Assembly (NCBI GenBank): GCA_963932905.1
Contig: CAWVRN010000002.1
Span: 192,001 to 256,000, forward strand
DNA: 64,000 nucleotides
Origin: an uncultured Bdellovibrio sp.
Lineage (GTDB): Bacteria > Bdellovibrionota > Bdellovibrionia > Bdellovibrionales > Bdellovibrionaceae
Direction: 5' to 3'
The notes under the pieces are model-generated. The model was not told the DNA's origin. It saw only the letters and a list, made by a program, of their open reading frames with translations, and did no database searches. A program made the position numbers and the translations under genes. This document shows positions 20,191 through 29,784 of the stretch, in pieces; the first letter of the stretch is position 1, and each line of letters opens with the position of its first letter.

Positions 20191-21480
20191 ATGAAACAGC
20201 TGGGATTGCTTTTCCTTTTGGGTTTGTTGCTGGTTGGATGTACGACAGGACAAATTATCGAAAAAAAAGAGTATGCGCCCGTAGTTGAAGCTTTAAAAAA
20301 TGATAATCGTAAACTGGCATTGAATCGCTTTCCCAACAAAGAACAAAGTCATTTTATCCCGCTATTAGAAAAAGTGTACCTACAGTTGATTGATGATGCC
20401 GACGTAATCACTAAAGACTCAAAAGAGACTCCCGAATTTACGCAGCTGCTGCGCGAATCACGTGAAATTGAACGCAACGAAAAATTATCGGTGTCGAACG
20501 AAATCAACCAGCTGTTTTTTATCAAAACGGATGAAGGATACTATCCGGCTAATCACGAAATTTTTTGGATGCACTATTTGTTAGGGCTGACATTTATTAA
20601 AAGAAATCAAATTGCGAGTGCGCGAGTAGAAGCTAAGCGTATTTCTGAATTGTTCGCTCGCGTTGATATGAGCGGTAAACCATTTTACGACAATGCGGGA
20701 ATTCGAATTCTTTCAGCGTCATTGTGGGCCATGTGTGGTGAAAAAGAAAATGCCATCGTAGATCTTCGCAAAGCCGAAGCTATGGGCGGTTTTGTAGGCG
20801 CCAATCAATACGAAACAAAACCGATCAATTGGAATCTACTATTCAAAGGCACTGGGTTTACACCGAACAGTGATTCAAGTTCGTTTTCAGACAAAATTAG
20901 TGGTTTCAAGGCGATTCAATTTAAAACTGAAATTCCTGTACAAAATGTTCCTGAACAAAAGACAGAGAGTTCACGGATTGTTTTTTCTTCCAAGTCTTGG
21001 CACACGGAAAACTTAGTCCGCAATGAATCATTCAAAGAAACCATTCAGAAATCAAAATACATGTCGCGTATGTTTAAGAGTGAGCTTGAATATCAATCGT
21101 TGAACTTGCTTACCAGCGTTGCGACGGGTGTAGTTTTAGCGACGGGAATAACGGTTGGTGTGGCTATCGTTGGTGGCGGTATATATTTATTGGCTCAGTC
21201 GGGTGCCTCTGGAAGTGCCGGTGAGGGTATTCTGCAAATCATGGGTATTGGAATTATTGCAGGTACCGAAATTTATAATTCAGGCATGAGGTTTTACGAT
21301 TCAACTCAGAATAAAATTCAATCAGAACGTAAAGAATTCCAAGATGTAAGCCGGTTCTATCGTTACGTTCGTTTTGTTCCTGATTATTTTGTGTTGGATA
21401 TAGACTCATCCGCAAAAACACCTACATTCTTGAAAAACGAAAATTCTGCTGGTCGTATTAATCTTCAATTTGAACCCTAA
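20191..21480 (+). CDS. Hypothetical lipoprotein with TPR-like helices and a C-terminal Gly-rich hydrophobic hairpin
   Basis: Lipobox LVGC; YYPANHE...ARVEAKR helical repeats; VATGVVLATGITVGVAIVGGGIYLL...IMGIGIIAG. Confidence 0.7.
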   Translation: MKQLGLLFLLGLLLVGCTTGQIIEKKEYAPVVEALKNDNRKLALNRFPNKEQSHFIPLLEKVYLQLIDDADVITKDSKETPEFTQLLRESREIERNEKLSVSNEINQLFFIKTDEGYYPANHEIFWMHYLLGLTFIKRNQIASARVEAKRISELFARVDMSGKPFYDNAGIRILSASLWAMCGEKENAIVDLRKAEAMGGFVGANQYETKPINWNLLFKGTGFTPNSDSSSFSDKISGFKAIQFKTEIPVQNVPEQKTESSRIVFSSKSWHTENLVRNESFKETIQKSKYMSRMFKSELEYQSLNLLTSVATGVVLATGITVGVAIVGGGIYLLAQSGASGSAGEGILQIMGIGIIAGTEIYNSGMRFYDSTQNKIQSERKEFQDVSRFYRYVRFVPDYFVLDIDSSAKTPTFLKNENSAGRINLQFEP

Positions 21481-23260
21481 GGTCGTCGATACGTTTAAAG
21501 AATTTTTCTTTGCTTTCAAATTCAGTTAGGGTTTTTGCTTTGATCCAATTCCCGTGCGAATCAAAGAATAGAATTGTCGGTAGACCAACGATACTATACT
21601 TTTTCTTCAGTTCATTAAGCGAAGTTGAATCTTTTGTCGCATCCATTTTAAGAAGAACGATATTTTTTGTGCGTTCTCTGAATTCTGCCGATGAAAACAC
21701 TTTTTCTTCTAGTTCCCAGCAGGCTGCGCACCAATCAGCAAAGAAGTCGACGATCACTATTTTCTTATCTAATTTAGCCTGATCTAGCGCGGCGTCAGAA
21801 AATGGAGTCCATAGTTTATCTTTATTGAACTTAACTTCTTGGAATTCAGTGCCAGGACCTGATTTCCCATCAAGACCCGTGATGCCCATTACAAAAAATG
21901 CAAAACCTAAAATCAAGACAGCTTGCATGAAACCTTTGCGAACTAAATCACGTTTTCTGTTCGTCGGCTTTAGGAAAGCACCATATAAACTTGCAAGGAC
22001 CACAAGTCCCACTCCCAACACGCTTTGGAAAACGCGCAGAGGAACTAATAGTTCGAAGTAGTAAAAGAATCCTACTAGCATCAATGTACCCAGGATAACT
22101 TTCGTGGTTTCCATCCATGGGCCTGAACGTGGTAACTTGCGCATTAGTTCCGTTGAAGATCCTAGGATAATGAAAATCAAACCCATGCCCATCGCGTAGG
22201 TAAATAGTAGAAAAAAACCAAATACAGAGTTTTGTTGGGTTGAGACATAAGTCAAAATAGAAACTAGCACTGGTCCCACGCATGGACTTGCTACGATGCC
22301 AGCGAATAAACCAGAAAGATACGCGCCTAGGTATCCCTTTTTCTGAGGACCTTGACCAAATCGTTGTGTGATAAATCTTGGCATTTGCAAATCGAAAGCG
22401 CCGTACATCGAAAGAGCCATCAAGAAAAACAGGCCGCAGATGAATGTCAACACATAGGGATTCGACAGAATTGAGCCAAATAACATTCCTGATTTAGCTG
22501 CTATTAGTCCCAAAACAGAATAGGTTGTGGCGATACCCAGTACGTAAACAACACTGATCAAAAAGTTTGTTAATCGCGTTCGTTTTTCGGAATGATTATT
22601 TAAAATAGCTAACGTGATTGGGATCATTGGGAAAATACACGGGGTAAAACTAGTTACGATACCGGCCAAGAAGGCTAGGATCAAGGCAAGCCATAAACTT
22701 TGCCCTAAAAAGTAACTAAATCCTTCAGCAGAAAATAGCGACATATCTTTTGGCATATTAGCCAGTGTGGGCTTTTCTTTTCCGACAAATGTGACAGGTA
22801 GAGAAACATCTTTGCTTTTTGGGAACAAACAAAACGCATCCGAGCATGCCTGATATGTTAATTCGAAAACTAGCTTTCCGTTGTCATCGACAAACCGGTC
22901 CGGCGTTTCTAGAAGTATAGACATGGCCGAATTGCCTTCAACACCTGTGCGATCTTTTTTAGAAAATTTATCGAACCATTTTTTTAATGGATTCAGAGAA
23001 ATTGATTTTACGATGATTCCCGATGGTTCTAGAACTGTAATTTTAAATTGATCTTCATAAGCATGAAAACCTTTAGGCAATTGCAAATTCAGCTGAACAG
23101 AATATTCGTTCTTAGGTTTGATTTCCGACGGACTTGACGCCACCTGAATGCTGAGAGGATCTTTTGCATTTTCTTGTGCGTGCGAAGTATTCATGCCCCA
23201 AAGGCCAGTTGTCAGCGCAATAAATGCTAGTAGTGTGGTTGTCAGTCGAGTGTTATGCAT
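21458..23260 (-). CDS. dsbD: Thiol:disulfide interchange protein DsbD
   Basis: N-domain YQACSDAFCLFP; TM domain TPCIFPMIP and ASPCVGP; thioredoxin DFFADWCAACWE. Confidence 0.94.
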   Translation of the reverse strand: MHNTRLTTTLLAFIALTTGLWGMNTSHAQENAKDPLSIQVASSPSEIKPKNEYSVQLNLQLPKGFHAYEDQFKITVLEPSGIIVKSISLNPLKKWFDKFSKKDRTGVEGNSAMSILLETPDRFVDDNGKLVFELTYQACSDAFCLFPKSKDVSLPVTFVGKEKPTLANMPKDMSLFSAEGFSYFLGQSLWLALILAFLAGIVTSFTPCIFPMIPITLAILNNHSEKRTRLTNFLISVVYVLGIATTYSVLGLIAAKSGMLFGSILSNPYVLTFICGLFFLMALSMYGAFDLQMPRFITQRFGQGPQKKGYLGAYLSGLFAGIVASPCVGPVLVSILTYVSTQQNSVFGFFLLFTYAMGMGLIFIILGSSTELMRKLPRSGPWMETTKVILGTLMLVGFFYYFELLVPLRVFQSVLGVGLVVLASLYGAFLKPTNRKRDLVRKGFMQAVLILGFAFFVMGITGLDGKSGPGTEFQEVKFNKDKLWTPFSDAALDQAKLDKKIVIVDFFADWCAACWELEEKVFSSAEFRERTKNIVLLKMDATKDSTSLNELKKKYSIVGLPTILFFDSHGNWIKAKTLTEFESKEKFFKRIDDLRVQIED

Positions 23261-23268
23261 TTCATATC

Positions 23269-23295
23269 CTATCGGTCTTTGGATAGTATAACTTA
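23269..23295 (-). promoter_or_regulatory. Putative sigma28-type promoter of dsbD
   Basis: TAAG-N15-ACCGATAG, 8 nt before the ATG at 23260. Confidence 0.45.
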
Positions 23296-23362
23296 GTTCT
23301 GAAGAAAGGTTGAGAATCTTTTCAGACCTAGGTCCGGAAAAATCAAACTTTGTGCCCTGGTC

Positions 23363-23389
23363 TCAATATTTTACGGCGAGTGCCGATTA
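23363..23389 (+). promoter_or_regulatory. Putative sigma28/FliA promoter of motAB
   Basis: TCAA-N15-GCCGATTA versus consensus TAAA-N15-GCCGATAA, upstream of motA. Confidence 0.7.
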
Positions 23390-23406
23390 TTTACTCGAGG
23401 TAAAAT

Positions 23407-24273
23407 ATGGGATTTGTAGGTGTTATAGTCGTTTTCGCCATGGTGTTCGGTGGTTTCATTTTAGCCGGTGGACATTTAAGCGTTATCATTAGTGCAGCCC
23501 CACTTGAATTGATGATCATCGGGGGAGCCGCTCTGGGCGCGTATATTATCGCTAACCCTCTAAAAATTATCAAAGCGGGATTCAAGCTTGGTATACACGC
23601 GATGACGGCAAAAGGTCCTCAAAAAAGTGACTACTTAGAGCTTTTGCAATTGTTGTTTCAGATCTTTCAAGTGTTCCGTAAAGAGGGACCTCAAGGGATC
23701 GAGAAACATATTGAAGATCCAACCAAGAGTGAAATTTTTAAGGCGTATCCAAATTTTATGAAGAATCATCACGCCGTACATTTTCTGTGCGACACGATGA
23801 AGATCACACTATCTGCTGAATTATCTCCATATGACGTAGATGATTTACTAGATGGCGATATCAAAGCGATCCACGCCGAAGAACATATGGCTCAGCATGC
23901 AGTGCAAGCCGTAGCCGACGGGTTCCCGGGACTAGGGATCGTTGCCGCCGTTCTTGGTATCGTTAAAACCATGGGACATTTAACTGAAGGTACCGAAGTT
24001 ATCGGTCGCCTTATCGGTAATGCCCTTGTTGGAACGATGTTAGGGGTTTTCGGTGCCTACGGTATGATCGGTCCAGTTGCATCTAAGATGGCTGCTGATA
24101 TCGAAGCGGAAGGTCGTTATTTAGGATGTATTAAAGCAGCTATGATTAGCTTACAGCGAGGCGCCCCTCCCTTAGTGTGCGTAGAGTTTGCTCGTCGTGG
24201 AATCATGCCTGAAGAAAGACCAACATTCGAAGAAATGGACAAGGCAACAAAAGACATTAAGAAAGCGGCCTAA
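23407..24273 (+). CDS. motA: Flagellar stator protein MotA
   Basis: ELMIIGGAALGA, RKEG...IEKHIEDP, DGFPGLGIVAAVLG, ALVGTMLG, VEFARR...RPTFEE. Confidence 0.95.
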   Translation: MGFVGVIVVFAMVFGGFILAGGHLSVIISAAPLELMIIGGAALGAYIIANPLKIIKAGFKLGIHAMTAKGPQKSDYLELLQLLFQIFQVFRKEGPQGIEKHIEDPTKSEIFKAYPNFMKNHHAVHFLCDTMKITLSAELSPYDVDDLLDGDIKAIHAEEHMAQHAVQAVADGFPGLGIVAAVLGIVKTMGHLTEGTEVIGRLIGNALVGTMLGVFGAYGMIGPVASKMAADIEAEGRYLGCIKAAMISLQRGAPPLVCVEFARRGIMPEERPTFEEMDKATKDIKKAA

Positions 24274-24293
24274 TCAATAGGTCAGTTAGAAAT

Positions 24294-24315
24294 AGAGTCG
24301 CACTGATGCGACTCT
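24294..24315 (+). other. Intergenic stem-loop between motA and motB
   Basis: AGAGTCGCA-ctga-TGCGACTCT, perfect 9-bp stem with no U-tract. Confidence 0.6.
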
Positions 24316-24336
24316 GAGTAGTAAACGAAGGAACCA

Positions 24337-25278
24337 ATGGCTAAAGAAAAACCAATGATCGTTATCAAAAAAGTCATCGTGACCGGAGCCGGTCACCATG
24401 GTGGTTCGTGGAAAGTGGCCCTGGCCGACTTCATGACTGCGATGATGGCGTTCTTCCTGGTTATGTGGCTATTGGGTCAATCCGAAGATACCAAGAAAGC
24501 GATCTCTGATTATTTTTCGACTCCATCCGTGATTGAATACAATTTCAAAAACTATGGTGCGACGATCACATTGGAAAAACTATTTTTGGATTTAGTGAAT
24601 GAACCTCTGCAAGCCTTTGAATCGTTCATGGAACCAATGGATAAAACTCCGAATTTACTAGATATGGGTTCGGCCAGCGTTGTAGCGGGTTTCCTTGCAG
24701 ATTCTTTAGCCGAAGATGCTCAGAATGTTAAGATTGATCAAACAGGTTTTGAATTTGATCTGCCAGAAACAATTTTGTTTGCAAAAGGTTCTGCGGAGCC
24801 AGGCACTCGATTCATTGAAGTCATGGATAAAATCAAAGGTGTTACGACAGGTTTAGAAGATGCAAAAATCGAATTGAAATCTGTGGTAACAACTGGGACG
24901 TTGACAGATTCCCAAGAGAAAAACGCAATGGACGTGGCTCAGGCACGTTTGGATTTAGTTTCCAATAAAGTGAAAGCTGGTCTTGAAAGCACAACAGTGG
25001 ACATCAACGGCGGAACCAGTGTTGTGAACACTAAAGGTGATCCGGCTGCAGAAAAGAAAATTGGTTTTGTCCGTATTTCTATAAAGCAAAAAGACCTTAA
25101 ATCTAATGGTCAACCACAAAGAAAATTGGAATCAGCATTTGGACCGGCTAATCAGGAAGTAAATGTTTATGATAATTTTGTGAACCAATTAGCTAACCAA
25201 AAGAAAAACGCGGCTGAAGCTAAACCTGAAAAAGGTGACAATAAAGGCAGCGCGAAACCAGAGTCTATCAAAAAATAG
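24337..25278 (+). CDS. motB: Flagellar stator protein MotB
   Basis: HHGGSWKVALADFMTAMMAFFLVMWL with the conserved Asp; C-terminal OmpA-like domain is degenerate. Confidence 0.92.
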   Translation: MAKEKPMIVIKKVIVTGAGHHGGSWKVALADFMTAMMAFFLVMWLLGQSEDTKKAISDYFSTPSVIEYNFKNYGATITLEKLFLDLVNEPLQAFESFMEPMDKTPNLLDMGSASVVAGFLADSLAEDAQNVKIDQTGFEFDLPETILFAKGSAEPGTRFIEVMDKIKGVTTGLEDAKIELKSVVTTGTLTDSQEKNAMDVAQARLDLVSNKVKAGLESTTVDINGGTSVVNTKGDPAAEKKIGFVRISIKQKDLKSNGQPQRKLESAFGPANQEVNVYDNFVNQLANQKKNAAEAKPEKGDNKGSAKPESIKK

Positions 25279-25352
25279 AAACCAAGAATATTGAAACTAA
25301 TGGCATTTCTCAGATTGAGATAGGGCCGTTGGTTTGCATCGATTTAGTTTAA

Positions 25353-26051
25353 ATGAATTGGTTTCACGTACTGTTGGCTTTATTACTGCTTTCTTTAAAC
25401 GGTTACGCCAACAATAGGGTTAGTTTATCGGAATATCTGCGTAAATATAGTATTGCCGACCTTCGTCCTACGCAGGCTGCCGTTGGTTTTCGTGAAGTAA
25501 AACGGAAAAAGAACAAAATCGAAAATCTTAAATCACATAAAAATCTGCAAGAGTATTTTGAAGGTAATTCGGTGCCGGTAGTTTTGGGGCCAAATGATCA
25601 AGTCTATATGATTGATCATCATCATTTTACCCTAGCGGCTAGCCGGGCTGGGTATAACGAAGTCTATATTCACATAATTGCCGATTTATCTGCGCTCAAC
25701 ATTCAGCAATTTTGGAAAGAAATGAAATCGAGAGCCTGGGTTTATTTGAAAATTAAAGGTCGCACCATTAGTGAATATATGCTGCCACGATATATTACGG
25801 GATTGGTGGATGACCCGTATCGTGCTTTAGCCGGGAAAGTTCTTCAAAAAGACGGCTTCAAAAAAACGGAAACTCCGTTCGCAGAATTTGAATGGGCTGA
25901 TTTTTTTCGCACGCGTATTTCTTCAGAGTTAGTTGATAAGGACTATACCAGAGCCGTTGAGGTTGCTTTGAAACTTGCAAAGACCGATGCCGCAAAGAAA
26001 CTACCGGGATATAACGGTAACGCGCTTTGCATCGAAGTCTATGCTCAATAA
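25353..26051 (+). CDS. Secreted ParB/Srx-like (ParBc_2-type) protein
   Basis: Signal peptide MNWFHVLLALLLLSLNGYA; LRPTQAAVG, IDHHH, DDPYRALAG, TPFAEFEWADFFR. Confidence 0.85.
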   Translation: MNWFHVLLALLLLSLNGYANNRVSLSEYLRKYSIADLRPTQAAVGFREVKRKKNKIENLKSHKNLQEYFEGNSVPVVLGPNDQVYMIDHHHFTLAASRAGYNEVYIHIIADLSALNIQQFWKEMKSRAWVYLKIKGRTISEYMLPRYITGLVDDPYRALAGKVLQKDGFKKTETPFAEFEWADFFRTRISSELVDKDYTRAVEVALKLAKTDAAKKLPGYNGNALCIEVYAQ

Positions 26052-26126
26052 AAACATAACGTAAAATAGGTATTGAACTGCCATACGACTGTTGAATTTA
26101 AGCCCAAGTTCAAGAATACTTATTGA

Positions 26127-27350
26127 ATGACAAACACCGCGACTACATCAAAAAAATCTATTTATTTTATATTTGCTACGATCATGCTGGATATGATCGG
26201 TATTGGTTTAATCATGCCGGTATTGCCAGACGTAATTAGACGTTTTATTTCTGATCCTGGTCAGGTCACTGAAAATTTTGGATATTTTATCGCAATTTAC
26301 GCAGTCATGCAGTTTGTGGCATCACCTATATTAGGTGGCTTATCTGATCAGTTCGGTCGTCGTCCAATTTTACTTGGTTCTTTGTTGGGTGCCGGTATCG
26401 ATTATATTTTTATGGCTTTAGCGCCGTCGCTGAATTTACTTTTCTTGGGCCGTATTATCGCAGGGCTGACTGGCGCTAGCATGACGGTGGCTAATTCTTA
26501 CATTGCGGATATTTCGGACGATAGTAATCGTTCGTCTAATTTTGGAATGATTGGAGCTGCTTTTGGGATTGGATTTATTGCCGGTCCAATCATAGGTGGT
26601 TTGCTGGGACACTTTGGTCCGCAAATGCCGTTCTACGGTGCTGCCGTATTAAATATTTTAAATTTCTTATTTGGGTTATTTATTTTACCCGAATCTTTGA
26701 AAAAGGAAAATCGGCGAGTTGTTAACTGGAAAAAACTAAATCCGTTCACGACGATCGTTAACACGATGAAAATTCCGGCCATGAGTTTGTTTGTATTAAC
26801 ATACGCATTGTTGTTCCTTGCTGGTAACGTGCATCCAAGCGTTTGGACACTGTACACAGAATCTAAATTTGGTTGGAACTCAATCCAAGTAGGCATTTCG
26901 CTTAGCTTCGTTGGATTAATTTACGGAATGAGCCAGTCGTTGTTAACCTCAAAATTAGTTCCGAAGTGGGGCGAACAAAAATCACTGGTCATCGGAATTT
27001 TCTTTAATGCGTTTGGATTTTTGTTATATGGAATCGCGCCATTTGGTTGGATGATGTATGGGATTATGGTGCTGTCGGCACTACAGGGACTATCGATGCC
27101 GTGTTTGCAATCGATTATGACCAAAAAAGTAGACGTTCGCTATCAGGGAGAATTACAAGGTGGACTGGTTTCTGTTGGCAGTCTCACATCGATTTTAGCG
27201 CCGCTGATTTATACAAATACCTTCAATTGGGGATCCCAATCGGGCGAAATGATGTTGTTAGGTGCGCCTTATTTTGTGGCCACGTTGTTCGGATTGCTCG
27301 CTCTATTTTTGGTTCAAAAAAGCTTGGGAAATAGGCCAGCACAAGTCTAG
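26127..27350 (+). CDS. TetA-like (DHA1/TCR) MFS efflux transporter
   Basis: LDMIGIGLIMPVLP, GGLSDQFGRRP, GRIIAGLTGA, FGIGFIAGP, LPESL, QGELQG; about 12 TMs. Confidence 0.92.
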   Translation: MTNTATTSKKSIYFIFATIMLDMIGIGLIMPVLPDVIRRFISDPGQVTENFGYFIAIYAVMQFVASPILGGLSDQFGRRPILLGSLLGAGIDYIFMALAPSLNLLFLGRIIAGLTGASMTVANSYIADISDDSNRSSNFGMIGAAFGIGFIAGPIIGGLLGHFGPQMPFYGAAVLNILNFLFGLFILPESLKKENRRVVNWKKLNPFTTIVNTMKIPAMSLFVLTYALLFLAGNVHPSVWTLYTESKFGWNSIQVGISLSFVGLIYGMSQSLLTSKLVPKWGEQKSLVIGIFFNAFGFLLYGIAPFGWMMYGIMVLSALQGLSMPCLQSIMTKKVDVRYQGELQGGLVSVGSLTSILAPLIYTNTFNWGSQSGEMMLLGAPYFVATLFGLLALFLVQKSLGNRPAQV

Positions 27351-27517
27351 TTGCGTGGATCATTCCGTCGAGCTTATTGACGGTGACTGTCTGTGACTCA
27401 ATGTAAATCGTTTAGCTAGGCTTGTGTGGTTATATCAAATAGGACTTACTTCAGATTGGAACGGTTATCGCTAGATAAACTCTGGAAATATCAGTCTCGT
27501 TTGAATAGAGGAAGTCA

Positions 27518-29635
27518 ATGCCACAGGCTACGGACCAGCGTCAAAGATTCTTGTCAATCTCAATGTCTATTTTACTGGTCATTTCGCTTCTCGTTTCAGT
27601 TGTCCCTTCGACATCTACGGCTGTCGCTTCAAGCCAACATTGTTCACAATTTTATCGCGGCTTTAAAACAGATGTGTTGTTCGGGATTTCCCCGACAGCT
27701 GGAGTTTATACATCTAGAGCATCCGACTTTGTTTCTGTGAAGAAGGCCATTGAACGTGTGAACGAAGCGGTCAGTTTATCACATAAAAGCCATAAAAAAG
27801 TGTCCATGGCTAATAGTCGAAATTTATTTGTTCTTAGCGAGCAATGGGAACCATTAGCAAGTTCTTTCGCAGCTTATGAAAACGCAAGATTTGTTGTTGC
27901 CGATAAAATGATCGACGCACCCACTGGCACTGTCTTGTACAAAAATGTTCAGTTCGGCTACAAAGGTGTGCAAAAGACGGGACCCTATTTAGATAAATTA
28001 AAAAAATCGGGATTTAAAAATTATGGGACATTGACCTATATTTTGGCAGACGCAATGTCTGGAAAAATATTAGAGGTTGGCGGAATTCATAAGGATCTTT
28101 TGGCCGAATTTAGGTTGCATTTACTAGGACGTGAAGTTCAAGAAAAAGAACTACGACGTTATTCAGAAGTTTATAAGATGATGATCGAGCATTTCCAGCG
28201 ACAGGCAGACGGTCGCGTTGTACTTGCCGAATTTAATAGAAAACGAGGATGGCCAGAAGGATTTGCAGAAAATGCCGGGCTTTTCTACTTAGAAAATGTT
28301 CAGGCTCTAATTGCGTGGGCTCGACAAAACCAAGTAACTCAAGAAGAACTAGTGCGAATGGGTGTTGTTCGTCGTAACTATACCCAGTTAGGAACTCGAA
28401 ACGAGTATTCGATGATATGTTCCCATTCGATAATGATCCCATATTTTTCTCCAAAAGGCGATGTGGTCAAACTTAAAGCGCGACAACTAAAAAAGACTAC
28501 GACAGGTAAAAAGTATCTCGATTTTTCAGAAGATAAAACCATCACCAATGGTAATCAGTTACATCGACGTTTATTTAATTCGGCTGTGTTAAATCATATC
28601 CAAGGCAAACCAGTTATTATTACCGAAGGCGAAATTAAAAGCCTGGTGGCCACACGAATTGGTAAAATTGATACTGTGGCTATTCCTGGAATCAGCCAAT
28701 TTGAAGACGACATGGCTCATGCGCTTGTTGCGGCCAAAGCGTCAGAATATATTGTTGTTTTAGATCGTGATCCTGAAGGTAAAGCATTGATGAATTTGGA
28801 TCATTTGACGGACAGCCAGCGTGCTGCCTACGTTATTGCTGCAAAATTAGAAGAAGCTGGAGCTCCTGTGGTTAAAGTCGGCATAATCCCGGATTCACAA
28901 GGGACTGGTAGTAAAATAGGCCTTGATGATATGATATTACAACACGGCCCTGACAGTGTAAAAGATCTTGTCAAAAATGCTAAGCCACTAAAAGCATATG
29001 CTGAAGCTATTCACGCAGATCAACAAATTGCCGAGAATATAGGGATACAAACGATATTGACTCAAGCTCTACGTGTTGGACATTTAGCAATGAAAAATGG
29101 GTTGGCTTCTGTTGATGCCAATGATGTTCGGATGTTAGAAAAATTTAGATCTCAAGTACTTGCTGATTTTGAAAATCATTTGGCGACTAATTATCCGGGT
29201 TCTCGAAATCTAAGACAACCTACTTATGGATATAAATTTATTCCACCTCAAACAGATCAAATGCCTAATCCAAGAAAATTCAAAGCTCAAGGGGGCGATC
29301 CCGAATTAAGTTTCGGTCGAAAAGACTTTCTGAATGCCATTCTACTGTTTGAAGTTGTCGATTCAAAATCAAGTTTGATAGATAACGACCTGATTGTTGC
29401 GACCAACCAAAAGACACGAGAGCAATTGAAGGTGATTTTTCCAAATGACGAATATGGATTTGCAGAAAATGTCACGATTAGTAAGTCTTTCGGTGGGGCG
29501 ATGGAGACTATTCAGGTTCCTCTGCTGATCTATCGATTGGAATCCCATAAAGTTGTGGCTCTGGCTCGTCCCTCAGAGCTGACCAAACAAGAAGAAAGTG
29601 ACTGGGATTCTGATTTGTTGGCCATGGTCCGTTAA
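27518..29635 (+). CDS. Signal-peptide-bearing protein with a DnaG-like catalytic core/TOPRIM domain
   Basis: SD gaggaag; hydrophobic N-terminus ending AVA; RG...GLFY...LVRMGVV...IMIPY...G.VV...AR...KYL...LFN; ITEGEIK, VAIPG, VVLDRDPEG, KIGLDD. Confidence 0.8.
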   Translation: MPQATDQRQRFLSISMSILLVISLLVSVVPSTSTAVASSQHCSQFYRGFKTDVLFGISPTAGVYTSRASDFVSVKKAIERVNEAVSLSHKSHKKVSMANSRNLFVLSEQWEPLASSFAAYENARFVVADKMIDAPTGTVLYKNVQFGYKGVQKTGPYLDKLKKSGFKNYGTLTYILADAMSGKILEVGGIHKDLLAEFRLHLLGREVQEKELRRYSEVYKMMIEHFQRQADGRVVLAEFNRKRGWPEGFAENAGLFYLENVQALIAWARQNQVTQEELVRMGVVRRNYTQLGTRNEYSMICSHSIMIPYFSPKGDVVKLKARQLKKTTTGKKYLDFSEDKTITNGNQLHRRLFNSAVLNHIQGKPVIITEGEIKSLVATRIGKIDTVAIPGISQFEDDMAHALVAAKASEYIVVLDRDPEGKALMNLDHLTDSQRAAYVIAAKLEEAGAPVVKVGIIPDSQGTGSKIGLDDMILQHGPDSVKDLVKNAKPLKAYAEAIHADQQIAENIGIQTILTQALRVGHLAMKNGLASVDANDVRMLEKFRSQVLADFENHLATNYPGSRNLRQPTYGYKFIPPQTDQMPNPRKFKAQGGDPELSFGRKDFLNAILLFEVVDSKSSLIDNDLIVATNQKTREQLKVIFPNDEYGFAENVTISKSFGGAMETIQVPLLIYRLESHKVVALARPSELTKQEESDWDSDLLAMVR

Positions 29636-29784
29636 GGACATAGCCTTGGCCAGGTATTGCGTCAAAAGATGGCCAAGTTTTATTAGTAATTCGCAAAAAA
29701 TCCCGAACGCCTATGGTTATAACTAAACAGTTTTGACATTAGTATTTTAGCTCTAATATGATCACTCTATCTAAATAGGGGTGT

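Noticed and set aside
26127..27350. Acquired tetracycline-resistance determinant
   Set aside because: TetA-like MFS, but no tetR, transposase or integron nearby; substrate cannot be inferred from sequence.
27365..27383. Possible riboswitch hairpin (CCGTCGA-gctta-TTGACGG) after the MFS gene
   Set aside because: Short stem with no recognisable riboswitch consensus; at most a weak terminator.
25353..29635. Integrated plasmid or phage replicon (ParB + primase)
   Set aside because: Both proteins have signal-like N-termini; no parA, helicase, integrase, att repeats or iterons were seen.
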